Positions 44,149-56,953 of a stretch of 61,804 nucleotides of DNA are shown here, in pieces (position 1 is the first letter of the stretch; the number at the start of each line of letters is the position of its first letter). The position numbers and the translations under genes were made by a program. The notes beneath the pieces are model-generated. The model made no database searches. It was not told where the DNA came from and saw nothing but the letters and a program-made list of their open reading frames with translations. The DNA is from an uncultured Bacillales bacterium (lineage in GTDB: Bacteria; Bacillota_I; Bacilli_A; RF39; UBA660): assembly GCA_946611235.1 (NCBI GenBank), contig CAMODE010000003.1, forward strand, positions 1 to 61,804, given 5' to 3'.

Positions 44149-45294
44149 ATGGCAGTTAGACTATTAGAAGAAAGCAAATGGACTAAAGATGGTCGTAAAT
44201 ATATATGGTATATTTGGGAAACAGGTTTAGATGGTAAGAAACACAAAAAGTTTTCCAAAGCATATAAAACTGAAGCAGAAGCAAAACGTGCTGAAAAAGA
44301 ATATTTAAAAATGGCTGAAGTATTTGAAGGAGATATGAATATGACCTTCAAAGATTTGTACACAAAATATTATGAAGTTCAAAAAGATATTGTAAGATGG
44401 TCAACTCTAAAGACTTACCGAGATAGAATTAAATATATTGGAATGTTTGATAAAGTTAAATTAAAAGATATGGATGCTACTCATTATCAAAGATGGAGAG
44501 CTGAAATGATGAAAGTAGATTGTTCAAATAGTTATAAAAATGAAATTCAAAAATTCTTAAAGATTGTAATTAATTGGGCAACTAAGACTTATGGTTTCAA
44601 TATGAGTAAATTTTATAGCAGAATGGAAAGTTTTACTACAGCATCTGATTTAAAGAAAGAAATGGATTTCTATACTTTAGAAGAATTTAATCAATTTATA
44701 TCAGAATCCCCTAACTTACAAATTAAATGTATGTATGAAACTTTATATTATCTAGGACTTCGTAGAGGTGAAGCTAGAGGCTTACAATGGAAAGATATTA
44801 ATTGGAATAATCAATCAGTATCTATTACAAAACAAGCTGTTACACATGGCTCTGAAACTTGTACAAATTATGAATTAACACAGCCAAAAACTAAAAAAAG
44901 TAATAGAATATTACCTATTGCTAATGTATTATTTAATGATTTAAAAAAGCTATATGATGAGCAAAAACAATTTGCTGAGTTTAATGATGAATGGTTTATA
45001 TTTGGAAATTATCTTCCCATAACATTCTATCAAATGAGGCATAAGAATATAGAAATTGCTAAAAAAGCTAATATTAAAAGAATAAGATTACACGACTTTA
45101 GGCATAGTTGTGCATCTCTATTAATTAATAATAATACTAATATAGCAGTTGTATCTGATTTCTTAGGTCATGCTTCAATCGAAGAAACTTTAGATACTTA
45201 TACTCATATGTTCAAAGATAAACTTTATGATGCTGTAAATACCATAAATAAACTAACTTGTGCTGATACTACAATGGTAGATTTTGGTAGTTAG
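44149..45294 (+). CDS. Tyrosine recombinase/integrase
   Basis: GLRRGEARGLQW (Arg I), HDFRHSCASLL (HxxR), GHASIEETLDTYTH (His/Tyr). ATG 44149 is better spaced to AAGGAGG than the ORF-track 44143. Confidence 0.9.
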   Translation: MAVRLLEESKWTKDGRKYIWYIWETGLDGKKHKKFSKAYKTEAEAKRAEKEYLKMAEVFEGDMNMTFKDLYTKYYEVQKDIVRWSTLKTYRDRIKYIGMFDKVKLKDMDATHYQRWRAEMMKVDCSNSYKNEIQKFLKIVINWATKTYGFNMSKFYSRMESFTTASDLKKEMDFYTLEEFNQFISESPNLQIKCMYETLYYLGLRRGEARGLQWKDINWNNQSVSITKQAVTHGSETCTNYELTQPKTKKSNRILPIANVLFNDLKKLYDEQKQFAEFNDEWFIFGNYLPITFYQMRHKNIEIAKKANIKRIRLHDFRHSCASLLINNNTNIAVVSDFLGHASIEETLDTYTHMFKDKLYDAVNTINKLTCADTTMVDFGS

Positions 45295-45305
45295 TTGGTA
45301 GTTGA
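45286..45305. repeat. GGTAGTTAG / GGTAGTTGA direct motifs (candidate arm-type sites), right end of IME
   Basis: GGTAGTTAG at 45286-45294 and GGTAGTTGA at 45297-45305, plus GGTAGAT at 45276. Same motif and orientation as 34994-35014. Confidence 0.4.
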
Positions 45306-45362
45306 AAGCATTAATTTATAAAATTTAAAATTAACAAACCCTTGTAATTTCAGGCAAAAAAC

Positions 45363-45388
45363 AAAAATGAGCCAGCTTTCGCTGACTC
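45363..45388 (-). terminator. Terminator hairpin GAGTCAGC-GAAA-GCTGGCTC plus T5 (right att copy, no intron)
   Basis: Read on the minus strand, about 140 nt downstream of the recG stop. Confidence 0.7.
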
Positions 45389-45397
45389 TTCAGGGGG
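45386..45397. repeat. attR-like core CTCTTCAGGGGG
   Basis: Exact copy of 34875-34886. Confidence 0.65.
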
Positions 45398-45526
45398 TTT
45401 TGGTTATAACACCCACATAAATCGTGGAGTGTTTGTCATATCTCTATGACAATATAATCATAATATAATTTTATGTAAAATGCAATAGGTTTTAACAAAA
45501 TTTTACAATTATTTTACACTTTACAT

Positions 45527-47533
45527 TTAATCCAAATTTTCAATTCTTTTTAATTCTTTAAAATAAGGTTCATATTCCGGATTTGTGTCAAATGTCAATA
45601 ATGTTCCAATAAACTCTTTAGCATCATCTCTTGCTCTTTCCATCATCTTAAAGTCTTTCTTAATGTTAGCCATTTTAAGTTCAAGTTCACCAGATTGCAT
45701 TGTACCAAATAAATCTCCTTCTCCTCGCTCTTTAAAATCATATTCACTTACTTCAAATCCATCATTAGTGCTTTCCATAAATTTTAATCTTTCATAAAAG
45801 TTTTCTGCAATTAAGATACAATAACTTTGTATATCACTTCTACCAACTCTACCTCTTAATTGATGAAGAGTAGATAAACCAAACATATTGGCATCAAATA
45901 CTACTATCATAGAGGCATTAGGTACATTTACTCCTACTTCAATAACTGTAGTACTAATTAAGATATTAATCTTATTGTTTTCAAAATCATTCATTATTTT
46001 ATTCTTTTCTTTTGCATCTAATTTACCATGAATAACGCCTATTTTAGCTATTTTATTAAACGCTTTATTCATCTTATCTTCTAAATCTATAACGCTTTCT
46101 TTATCGCTTTCTTCATCATCATCAATCATTGGAGCCACTACATATATCTGATGTTTTTCATCTAACTCTTTTTTCATCATTTCAAGTACTTCAGTAATAT
46201 CTTTTTCTCTTTTAAAGTAAGTAATTACTTCTTTTCTACCTACTGGTTTAGTTTTAATGGAAGATATATCTGTATCACCATAAATAGTTAAAGCATAAGT
46301 TCTTGGAATAGGAGTAGCACTCATTGATAATACATCAGGAGTAACTCCTTTATTTTTAAATATATTTCTTTGATTAACTCCAAAACGATGTTGTTCATCA
46401 GTTATTACTAAACCTAAATTTTTAAATTGAACTTTATCTTGAATTAGTGACTGCGTACCAATAATTAAATCTATTTCTCCATTTTCTAATTTAGTATATA
46501 TATCTTTCTTTTCTTTGGTATTTGTACTAGATGTAAGAAGAACTATATTAATTTTATATTTATTAAAAATCTTTAAAGCATCTTCATAATGCTGTCTAGC
46601 AAGTATTTCAGTCGGAGCCATTAATGCTGATTGATATTTCGATAAATAATTAGCATAAATAGCAATAAAAGCCACGATTGTTTTACCACTACCAACATCA
46701 CCTTGAAGCAGTCTATTCATTCTTTTATTTGATTCCAAATCAGTAATTATCTCATTAACAACTTTATCTTGATCAGTAGTTAATTTAAAAGGTAATTTAC
46801 TAATAAAATTATCAATCTTAGATTTATCAATCTTTCTCGTAATAGCATTCGTATCAGTAATTATCTTTTCTCTTAAATAATTAACTTTTAACATGTACAT
46901 AAATAATTCTTCATATTTAATTCTTTGCCTAGCTTTCTTTAAACATTGAATATCATCTGGCATATGAACATTTCTTAAAGCATCTTTTTTTGCCATTAAA
47001 TTATATTTTTCTTCTAAATATCTAGGTACTAAACTATCTATTTGATATTCTTCTTCTAAAGCACTAGCAATATATTTAGATAAACTTTTACTAGTTAATC
47101 CATTAGTAGTACTATATACTGGTTCAATTTTAGCATCATTAGGAAGTAATCCAAATCTTATATCAGAAGCTACTATTGTATTTTTTAATTTATGAAATCT
47201 TCCTAATATAGTTACTTCTTTACCAGGTTTTAAATCAGAAAACATATATACTCTATTATATAGTGTTACATTAAGGACAGCTTTCTTTGTATTTATTCTA
47301 AATATTATTTTCTTTAGTGACTTATTTATATATATAATTGTAGGTTGTCCTTCAATTATTCCATCTATTACTATTTTATCTTTATCATTTAAAATGCTAA
47401 TATCACTTCTTTTTAAAACATCATATCTAAATGGATAATGAGTAATTAATTCCTCTCCACTATGAATATCTAATTTTTCAATCAATTCTTTTGTCTTAGG
47501 ACCAATTCCTTCAATACTTTCAAGTTCTATCAT
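45527..47533 (-). CDS. recG: ATP-dependent DNA helicase RecG
   Basis: Wedge domain followed by GDVGSGKT, DEQHRFGV, SATPIPRT and QLRGRVGR helicase motifs. 668 aa. Confidence 0.92.
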   Translation of the reverse strand: MIELESIEGIGPKTKELIEKLDIHSGEELITHYPFRYDVLKRSDISILNDKDKIVIDGIIEGQPTIIYINKSLKKIIFRINTKKAVLNVTLYNRVYMFSDLKPGKEVTILGRFHKLKNTIVASDIRFGLLPNDAKIEPVYSTTNGLTSKSLSKYIASALEEEYQIDSLVPRYLEEKYNLMAKKDALRNVHMPDDIQCLKKARQRIKYEELFMYMLKVNYLREKIITDTNAITRKIDKSKIDNFISKLPFKLTTDQDKVVNEIITDLESNKRMNRLLQGDVGSGKTIVAFIAIYANYLSKYQSALMAPTEILARQHYEDALKIFNKYKINIVLLTSSTNTKEKKDIYTKLENGEIDLIIGTQSLIQDKVQFKNLGLVITDEQHRFGVNQRNIFKNKGVTPDVLSMSATPIPRTYALTIYGDTDISSIKTKPVGRKEVITYFKREKDITEVLEMMKKELDEKHQIYVVAPMIDDDEESDKESVIDLEDKMNKAFNKIAKIGVIHGKLDAKEKNKIMNDFENNKINILISTTVIEVGVNVPNASMIVVFDANMFGLSTLHQLRGRVGRSDIQSYCILIAENFYERLKFMESTNDGFEVSEYDFKERGEGDLFGTMQSGELELKMANIKKDFKMMERARDDAKEFIGTLLTFDTNPEYEPYFKELKRIENLD

Positions 47534-47621
47534 TTTACCACATCCTAGTATAATTATATCAGTTATCTAAAAAAATGCAAGAAAGTTTACCATATGTTAA
47601 TTAATTGTATTGTAAAACTAT

Positions 47622-47843
47622 CTATTTTAAAACATCTAAAAATGCTTGTATCATTGATAAATTATCCATTGTTTTAGATATTTTATCACTAGTATTTAAT
47701 TTGTATATATTTTTCATACTTTGATAAAAAACTTTATAATTGTCAGGATTTCTATTTAAATATTTGTACCAAATAGGATTTTGCCTTATAAATGTTTTTA
47801 ATTTAGAATCGCTATTTATTTTCATTTGAATATCGATATTCAT
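47622..47843 (-). CDS. YlbE-like small protein
   Basis: FIRQNPIWYKYLNRNP matches the YlbE-type ..NP.WYR.LSR.P pattern. Confidence 0.55.
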   Translation of the reverse strand: MNIDIQMKINSDSKLKTFIRQNPIWYKYLNRNPDNYKVFYQSMKNIYKLNTSDKISKTMDNLSMIQAFLDVLK

Positions 47844-48196
47844 TAATCATCAAATCTCCTATAAACCGGTCTTGGTCTATATTCATTATTATTACTAACA
47901 TTATTATCTTTCGTTAGCATTCCTCCAAAAAAATCAATGGCTTTTTGAATTGAAGTTATTCCATCTTGTAATTTATTTACATCAATTTTTTTTGCATAAT
48001 CTAAAATATTATTTATGTTTATACTTCTATCTTCTTTGGTTTTATTATTCAAGTATTCATTCCAAATATGAGAATCCTCTTTATATATATCATATAACTC
48101 ATAAAACTCCTGCCAAGTTTTTTTACCTTCTTTTACGTAATCAATTAATATAGGATTTCTTCGAACAAAATCCTTAAAATTTTCAATATTAGACAT
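47843..48196 (-). CDS. YlbD-like (putative coat) small protein
   Basis: Sits next to the YlbE-like gene. FKDFVRRNPILIDYVKEGKKTWQEFYELYD. ATG 48196 follows an AGGTGA RBS. Confidence 0.45.
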   Translation of the reverse strand: MSNIENFKDFVRRNPILIDYVKEGKKTWQEFYELYDIYKEDSHIWNEYLNNKTKEDRSININNILDYAKKIDVNKLQDGITSIQKAIDFFGGMLTKDNNVSNNNEYRPRPVYRRFDD

Positions 48197-48243
48197 GGAT
48201 ATCACCTATTATAATTATATGAAAACTAGGTATTTAATGATAC

Positions 48244-50247
<2,004 letters not shown>

Positions 50248-50294
50248 TTATCACCAAGATAATTATACTAAAATAAAAAAAGAAGGTCAATCAT

Positions 50295-51209
50295 TTAATC
50301 AAAAAATGATGTTTGACCTTCTAGTGGCTCTTTTTTCCTTTTTACTCTTTTCTTTGGTTTAGTTTGTTGCTGCTCCACACTTCTGCTGAGTGAAACATTA
50401 CTTCTTAAATAATCCTCTGGTTCTAAAAATTCTTCTTGACACTCTTTTTCTTCTTTTATTTCTTCTTTTCTTCTATTAGAATCATAATTATATACAAACT
50501 TAGCTAAATCATGAAGAGCTTTATACTTAATTTTTTCTCTATTGAATTCAAATACGTCTCTAAAATCTTCTATTGAATTATCATATACTGCTAGATACTT
50601 TCTTCTTTCATATAATTCATTATATATAAATATCTTCATAATATTTTGAATTATGTTTAATCTATTATCTATAGATAAATTATTAAGCAAATTTTTATCA
50701 TAAAATATTTTATTATAAGGAATTAAAAAACTTTTCAATCCATTAATATTTATATTATTAGATAATAATCCTTCTAAGATTTTTAGAGTGCCTAAATTAA
50801 CATATTCTCTTGTATTATACCTACCATCTTCTTTAGGCATATATTTATTTATTAATTCAATTACAAAGTTATTATCTCTACATAACACATTCATAGTATT
50901 TTCTAAAGTATCTACATCTAAATAACTTTTACCTTCTTTAAATATAATACTATTTTTTAAAGTAATAAACTTTTTCTTAAAATATCTTATTTCTATTTGA
51001 TTATTAAAGTCTTCTTGACTTATTAAACCTTGTCTTAATAACGATCTTCTAAAATCGCATTCCGAATACTGAGTAGTTAATAAATCAATCTCTTTAAGTG
51101 TAGCTAAATCATCTTGCATTATATTTGAATCAATAATAAAATCATTATGTATTCGAATCTTTATTGGTATATATGAATTTCCTTTTTTTATCATTAAACG
51201 ATATGCCAT
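50295..51209 (-). CDS. 304-aa hypothetical protein with basic C-terminal tail
   Basis: ORF with GGGGGGAAG RBS. No motif recognised. Confidence 0.55.
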   Translation of the reverse strand: MAYRLMIKKGNSYIPIKIRIHNDFIIDSNIMQDDLATLKEIDLLTTQYSECDFRRSLLRQGLISQEDFNNQIEIRYFKKKFITLKNSIIFKEGKSYLDVDTLENTMNVLCRDNNFVIELINKYMPKEDGRYNTREYVNLGTLKILEGLLSNNININGLKSFLIPYNKIFYDKNLLNNLSIDNRLNIIQNIMKIFIYNELYERRKYLAVYDNSIEDFRDVFEFNREKIKYKALHDLAKFVYNYDSNRRKEEIKEEKECQEEFLEPEDYLRSNVSLSRSVEQQQTKPKKRVKRKKEPLEGQTSFFD

Positions 51210-51308
51210 ACTTCCCCCCTAAACATGTCACTTATTATATAATATTATAATTAAAAAGTCAAATAGATGTTTGCAAAATAAATTAAAAAAGCACTATAAC
51301 AATAGTGT

Positions 51309-52586
51309 TTACTTTTTATTTTTTAATATAATTTTAGATATATTATTCACATTAATCTTCTTAATTATATCATTTAATATATCAATATTTAATTTTTCTA
51401 TTACTTCTATTGGATTGTCTTCTACTTTACCAGTATATATTAAATCATCAAGAATAATATCATTAATTTGTTCAGCATACTCAAATGCAAATATTTCATT
51501 ACTAATAAGAACTTTCTTCTTTCTATTAAAATCCACTTCACTAATAGAAATATCTTTAAGTTTATCCTCAACTCTTTTAATAAATTCTTTATCTTTATTT
51601 GTTTCATTAATAATACTAATAAGCATATGTGTATTAGTATTTAAAGTACTAACATAAGTCGTATTAGATATAATATTATCTTTCTTTAATTTTTCATCAA
51701 AAGAAGAAGTCTCATCAAACATTGAAGTAAATAAAATATATAAATATAAAGATAACTCTCTTCGAGATAATTTAATATCTTTAATAGGCATTTTAATAGT
51801 AATAGCTACTTTAGGTATACTAGTCGTACTATTAATTATCTCTTCTTTCTTATATACTTCATCTCTTTCTTTTATTTCTCTTACTTTAATTTCATCTAAA
51901 GAATCAAATTCCTTATTCTTTTGATTATCCTTAATAGCAGTCATAACTTCTTCTACATCAAAAGAACCTACTACTACTAAGAACATATTCGAAGGATGAT
52001 AAAAAGTCTTATAACAAGTCTCTAAGTCTTCTTTTGTTATCTTATTAATATCACTCGTAGTACCAATAATACTATCCCTATATGGATTATTATTAAGAGC
52101 ATTTAATCTAATCTTTTCTGATAGAACTTCTGCTGGTCGATCATCATACATATGAATCTCTTCTGATATAATTTTCTTTTCATTTTCTACTGATTCATCT
52201 GTCAAATATAAATCTTGTACATAATCAAGTAAATAACAAATATTTTCTTTTAAATTGCTCGTTGCATAAAACAAATAAGTCGTATTATCAAAAGTAGTAT
52301 AAGCATTACAAATAGCCCCACTACGAGAGAAAAATTCCATCGGATCAGGTCCATCTTTAACAGCAAATACTTTATGTTCGAGAAAGTGTGCTATTCCTTT
52401 CGGAAAAGAAGTCATTTTATTACTACCTATAGGTACAAATTCATTATATACCGAACCATATTTCGTTGTAAAAGTAACATAACTACTTTTAAATGATTCT
52501 TTATTAAAAAGATATACTTCTAAGCCATTATCTAATTTATCATAATATATTTCTTCATCTAATTTATTAATCCTTATTTTCTTCAT
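51309..52586 (-). CDS. M16 family (pitrilysin-like) zinc peptidase, active subunit
   Basis: HFLEH (HxxEH) motif. 425 aa. Overlaps its partner gene. Confidence 0.85.
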   Translation of the reverse strand: MKKIRINKLDEEIYYDKLDNGLEVYLFNKESFKSSYVTFTTKYGSVYNEFVPIGSNKMTSFPKGIAHFLEHKVFAVKDGPDPMEFFSRSGAICNAYTTFDNTTYLFYATSNLKENICYLLDYVQDLYLTDESVENEKKIISEEIHMYDDRPAEVLSEKIRLNALNNNPYRDSIIGTTSDINKITKEDLETCYKTFYHPSNMFLVVVGSFDVEEVMTAIKDNQKNKEFDSLDEIKVREIKERDEVYKKEEIINSTTSIPKVAITIKMPIKDIKLSRRELSLYLYILFTSMFDETSSFDEKLKKDNIISNTTYVSTLNTNTHMLISIINETNKDKEFIKRVEDKLKDISISEVDFNRKKKVLISNEIFAFEYAEQINDIILDDLIYTGKVEDNPIEVIEKLNIDILNDIIKKINVNNISKIILKNKK

Positions 52587-53838
52587 TATTAGCCCCCTTT
52601 TCTAATGTCAGAATACTATTTAAATTAATTTTTTTACTCACCCTTATAATATCCTCTTTCGTAATACTTCTAAAAGCTTTAATTCTTTCTTCAGCATCTT
52701 CAGTACCTACAAGCACTTTAGAAAAATAAGTATTAATAATACCAATTGGATTATCAAAAGAAGCATTAATACCAGATACAATCGTATTAATCGATGACTT
52801 AATAACTTTATCATCAATCTTACCTTCTTTTACTTCTTTTAAAATTTTTCTAATTAGTTTAATACATTTCTCCGTATTCTTACTCTCTACTCCCGAGTTA
52901 ATAATCATAGTATTATCATAGGCTTTAACACTACTATTAACGTAGTAGCAGTATCCCTTATCTTCTCTTACTCTACTAAAAAGAATTGAATTAGAAGAAC
53001 CTCCGAGTATTTCATTTAATACCTTAATCGTATACTTTCTTTCAAAATCATTTAAATTATTTAATGATAATAATAGTAATACTTGATCCTGATTTACATC
53101 ATCATATTCATGATATCTAACTATTCTCTTTCTAATATCTAATTCTTTAACTAATAGTTTCTTATTATCTTTCTTAAAAGTATTAACTTTAAAATACTCT
53201 CTAAAAATATCTCTCATTTCACTAGAAGAGAAGTCTCCTAGTACAAAGATATCAATTTGATCCTTATCAAGTACTTCTTTATAATACTCATATAAATTCT
53301 TACCATCAATATCATCTAAATCATCAATATAACCAAAAGTATTATAAACATACTCTCTATTTTTATATTTCTCCATTAATTTTAAATGAGCAAGTCTCGG
53401 TTTATTATCTTTAATACTAATAATATCTTGTCTTAGTTTTTCCTTTTGTTTATCTATATTAATAAAAGCATTATTTTCTATATTAGGATTAAAAATAAGG
53501 TCAAGAAAAAAGACGATAGACTCTTTATTCATATTTTTTTCCGTATACCTTTCATTTAAAAACTTTGTCTGAAAAGACAAGTTACTAAACGATCCAAGTC
53601 TCGAAATAGAAGAAGAAACCTTAATATCATATAAATTTTCACTTTCAATAATCAATTCTTTTTCTGTCTTATAATTCTTACTAGAATCAAGCAAAATCAT
53701 CTTAAGTAAATTTCTTTTAGTAATTTCTTCTTTCCTAATTTTTCTATAAAAATCTACATCTATCGTAATTGTTTTAAATTTATTTGTTTTAATAAAGTGC
53801 AAATTATAAGCACCCATATTAATAGTCTCAAAATTCAT
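52567..53838 (-). CDS. M16 family peptidase-like protein lacking HxxEH (non-catalytic partner)
   Basis: Similar size and paired arrangement with 51309..52586. No HxxEH motif seen. Confidence 0.7.
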   Translation of the reverse strand: MNFETINMGAYNLHFIKTNKFKTITIDVDFYRKIRKEEITKRNLLKMILLDSSKNYKTEKELIIESENLYDIKVSSSISRLGSFSNLSFQTKFLNERYTEKNMNKESIVFFLDLIFNPNIENNAFINIDKQKEKLRQDIISIKDNKPRLAHLKLMEKYKNREYVYNTFGYIDDLDDIDGKNLYEYYKEVLDKDQIDIFVLGDFSSSEMRDIFREYFKVNTFKKDNKKLLVKELDIRKRIVRYHEYDDVNQDQVLLLLSLNNLNDFERKYTIKVLNEILGGSSNSILFSRVREDKGYCYYVNSSVKAYDNTMIINSGVESKNTEKCIKLIRKILKEVKEGKIDDKVIKSSINTIVSGINASFDNPIGIINTYFSKVLVGTEDAEERIKAFRSITKEDIIRVSKKINLNSILTLEKGANNEENKD

Positions 53839-53868
53839 TATGTAACCTCCTGATGATATTATACCCCA

Positions 53869-54576
53869 TTATCCTAGTTTTAAACAAGATTCAAGAGCAA
53901 GAATAATTAAATTATCTAATCCCTGTTCTCTTTCTTCATGTGATAATTTATCAGTATTTAAAAAACTATCACTAACCATAAGTAAAGTACTAGCGTTTCT
54001 ACTAAATATACTAGCATTAACAAATAAGGCATAACTTTCCATTTCTACACCTAGTACATTATATCTACTAGCTATTTCTTTATAATTATTCTCTTTTTCA
54101 TAAAAAACATCAGATGAATAAATATTACCTCTATATACTGGAATATTATTACTAGAAGCACTACTCATTATAATACTATTAAGGTTATCACTACTTTTAA
54201 TAATATTATTATTATATCCCGCAGCATATATTCCATAATTAGAATTAGTAATCGAATTATCTACAAGTACAATGTCTTTAAGTTTTAAATTAGTATAAGT
54301 CCCCATTGTACCAATTCTAATAATATATTTAACATCATATTCTTTAAATAATTCATAAGAATAAATACCCATGCTAGGAATCCCCATACCCGAAGGAAAT
54401 AAAGTAATCTTATGACTCTTATAATAACCAGTATAAGCAGTCATACCTCTTACATCATTAACTAAACGACAATTAACTAAATACTTTCTAGCAATATATT
54501 CACACCTTTTAGGATCTCCTGGCATAAGAACAATATTAGCAATATCTTCCTTCTTACTCTCGATATGTGTACTCAT
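53869..54576 (-). CDS. deoD: Purine nucleoside phosphorylase, DeoD type
   Basis: THI....DIANIVLMPGDPKRCEYIA, TGYYK...I.....GMGIPS, and VEMES motifs. Confidence 0.88.
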   Translation of the reverse strand: MSTHIESKKEDIANIVLMPGDPKRCEYIARKYLVNCRLVNDVRGMTAYTGYYKSHKITLFPSGMGIPSMGIYSYELFKEYDVKYIIRIGTMGTYTNLKLKDIVLVDNSITNSNYGIYAAGYNNNIIKSSDNLNSIIMSSASSNNIPVYRGNIYSSDVFYEKENNYKEIASRYNVLGVEMESYALFVNASIFSRNASTLLMVSDSFLNTDKLSHEEREQGLDNLIILALESCLKLG

Positions 54577-54584
54577 ATTATCTC

Positions 54585-55418
54585 CTATTCTATACTAATA
54601 CTATATTTTTTAATACTATCTATATTTAGATTATCATTATATTCAAAACTTATACTAAAATTATTTTCTCCATCGGTACTTTTTTCTTCTAATAATTTTT
54701 CATCATTATCATATATTTTAACATTAACATTACCACTACTAGATAAATCACCACTAATAGTAATATCTACATCACTCATATCAACATTAATATCACTAAT
54801 AACCTTATCATTCATATTAATTTCATAATCAAAATTATCAATATCAGCAATAGTCTCCTCAGTATATATAACATTATCTATATTACTTATTGGACTAATA
54901 CCATTCGTAGTACTAATATACATTGTATTATTTACAAATCTAATACCAGTATCATTATTACCAAAAGTAATAGCATCAGCTCCCTTTTTACATCCATCTC
55001 TATCATTACTATAATAACTACATATACTAGTAACAATTTCCTTATAAATATCTTCAGATAATTCTTTATTATCATTATCCATATTAAATTCTAATTCATT
55101 ATTAATAAGTTTAACATCAAATAAAATATTTCCATAATTAACGTTAATACTATTTTCCCCAGTATTAGCATTAATACCAGAATATTTACTACTTAAATTA
55201 TTATTAATATCACTAGTAATAGTACCTAAACTAATATAATTAACCGTATATTCTGTAGTATTACCATTATTATTATTATCATTTTTTCTAATAAATTTAA
55301 GATATACTACTAATAATATACATATAACCAATACAACAATCATAACGTAAGCAATCATTATATCAGTCTTTTCTCTCTTTTCAATCTTCTTTTGTATCAT
55401 TAAATCTTCTTCATTCAT
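54585..55418 (-). CDS. Membrane-anchored extracellular protein, unknown function
   Basis: Single N-terminal TM (IMIAYVMIVVLVICILLVVYL) followed by an N/D/S-rich ectodomain. Confidence 0.55.
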   Translation of the reverse strand: MNEEDLMIQKKIEKREKTDIMIAYVMIVVLVICILLVVYLKFIRKNDNNNNGNTTEYTVNYISLGTITSDINNNLSSKYSGINANTGENSINVNYGNILFDVKLINNELEFNMDNDNKELSEDIYKEIVTSICSYYSNDRDGCKKGADAITFGNNDTGIRFVNNTMYISTTNGISPISNIDNVIYTEETIADIDNFDYEINMNDKVISDINVDMSDVDITISGDLSSSGNVNVKIYDNDEKLLEEKSTDGENNFSISFEYNDNLNIDSIKKYSISIE

Positions 55419-55453
55419 ATTATAACCTCTTTTCTTTCTTTATACAATTATTA

Positions 55454-56824
55454 TTATGGTGTAAATGTAGTTACTGTTACATTATCAGGTACTTTTCCAT
55501 TCAATCCTGTATATGTTACCGAGTTTTCGGGGACTTCAACAACTATCGGCTTAACTGTACCAGAAAATGCATCAATTTTAAGGCCAAAAGATTGCACACT
55601 ACCAGAATTGATTCTAATAGTGCCCGTTAATTTAGTACAATCCATAAATGTATATTGCATATTTGTTACTGATCTTGGTATAGTTGGGGCATTTACTAAT
55701 GATGTACAGCCTCTAAATGTATATTGCATATTACTCACTGAATTTCCAATAACTGGAGCATCTACTAGTGATGTGCAATTTACAAAAGTTCCCCACATTT
55801 TAGTTACTGAATCCGGTACTTCTGGAGCAGTAACAAGTGATGTGCAGCCATCAAACGTCGAATACAAACTTGTGATACCATTCGAGATACTTGAAATACT
55901 TAATAAAGACGTGCAACCAACAAACATACCAGCCATATCAGTAGTAGATAAATTCAAACTTGAAGTATTTTTTTGAGACGATACTAAATATTGATTTGGC
56001 AAAATAACTGATTCAATAATAGTATTGTTTTTAAAAAGTGAAACAGTATTTTCAGCACCACTACCACCGCACCCACTGTGCAAAACAGTTTTATATTCTT
56101 TACCATCAACTATCATCGTATCAGGTATCTGTATATTTGGAAAAACGCCTATATATTTAGTTAATAAAATATAGTCCTTATCATATTCAGTATTTTCCTG
56201 ATCAAAAAGTACATATTCATAGTCATCTGCGGTTGTTACATGTAATGCATTTAAATCCACATCATTTCTAAACGCAGTTACTCTCAAACTACCAGATAAA
56301 GATTTATTCATTATATTAGAATTATTTTGTTCATTACCATCTAAATAGATTATAAATGTATATGAAGAATTACCATTAGGTAATGATTGGTTTTCTGTTA
56401 TAGTAAGTGTAGAATTATTTGATGCAGCACTAAAATTACCTTGATCAATAATATTACTAGAGCCATCTAATAGTACATATTTAAATTGTGTAGTTTTAAG
56501 TTCATTAGATATAGAAGTTACATCTAAATATACATTATATTTAAATTCTTTAGTAACATCATCATTATTATTAGTTAAAGTAAAAGTAGTACTTTCTCCA
56601 TCAATATAATTATATACAGGAGCCAAATTATTTACATTAATATCATTACCCTCAGTAAAAGTAACAACTGTATATTCTCCTATTTGCATCGTAATATTAG
56701 TATTATCTGTACTAGACCAAGTAAACCATGCATAAGTAATACCTGCTATTATAAGGGCAATAAAAGTAAGCCCAAGCGTAGTAATAAAAGCTCTACTTTT
56801 GACAAAATTAATTATCTTCTTCAT
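55454..56824 (-). CDS. Surface protein with BspA-type leucine-rich repeats
   Basis: N-terminal signal/anchor. C-terminal units of about 23 aa follow F.(G/N)CTSLV.AP.IP.SVT.M.YTF and are repeated about 5 times. Confidence 0.75.
   Translation of the reverse strand: MKKIINFVKSRAFITTLGLTFIALIIAGITYAWFTWSSTDNTNITMQIGEYTVVTFTEGNDINVNNLAPVYNYIDGESTTFTLTNNNDDVTKEFKYNVYLDVTSISNELKTTQFKYVLLDGSSNIIDQGNFSAASNNSTLTITENQSLPNGNSSYTFIIYLDGNEQNNSNIMNKSLSGSLRVTAFRNDVDLNALHVTTADDYEYVLFDQENTEYDKDYILLTKYIGVFPNIQIPDTMIVDGKEYKTVLHSGCGGSGAENTVSLFKNNTIIESVILPNQYLVSSQKNTSSLNLSTTDMAGMFVGCTSLLSISSISNGITSLYSTFDGCTSLVTAPEVPDSVTKMWGTFVNCTSLVDAPVIGNSVSNMQYTFRGCTSLVNAPTIPRSVTNMQYTFMDCTKLTGTIRINSGSVQSFGLKIDAFSGTVKPIVVEVPENSVTYTGLNGKVPDNVTVTTFTP
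55600..55950. repeat. Tandem coding repeats of about 69 bp (LRR units) inside 55454..56824
   Basis: Repeated protein units are visible in the translation. The mirror ORF 55608..55976 on the plus strand is an artefact of this periodicity. Confidence 0.6.
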
Positions 56825-56953
56825 CTTAATTCACTCTCCATATTCTCTACTTAAATATACTATAAAATACTATTTTTTTCAAGTATATTTTACTATTTTT
56901 TACTTGTTAATAATAATATATTTTGATATAATGAATTAGGATGTGAGAAATAT

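Larger units (their letters stand above)
34875..45397. mobile_element. Integrative mobilizable element (about 10.5 kb) in the recG terminator region
   Basis: Bounded by exact 12-bp direct repeats. Contains a tyrosine integrase, MobV relaxase, RepA-like ATPase, small HTH protein, a TA pair and cargo genes. Confidence 0.7.
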
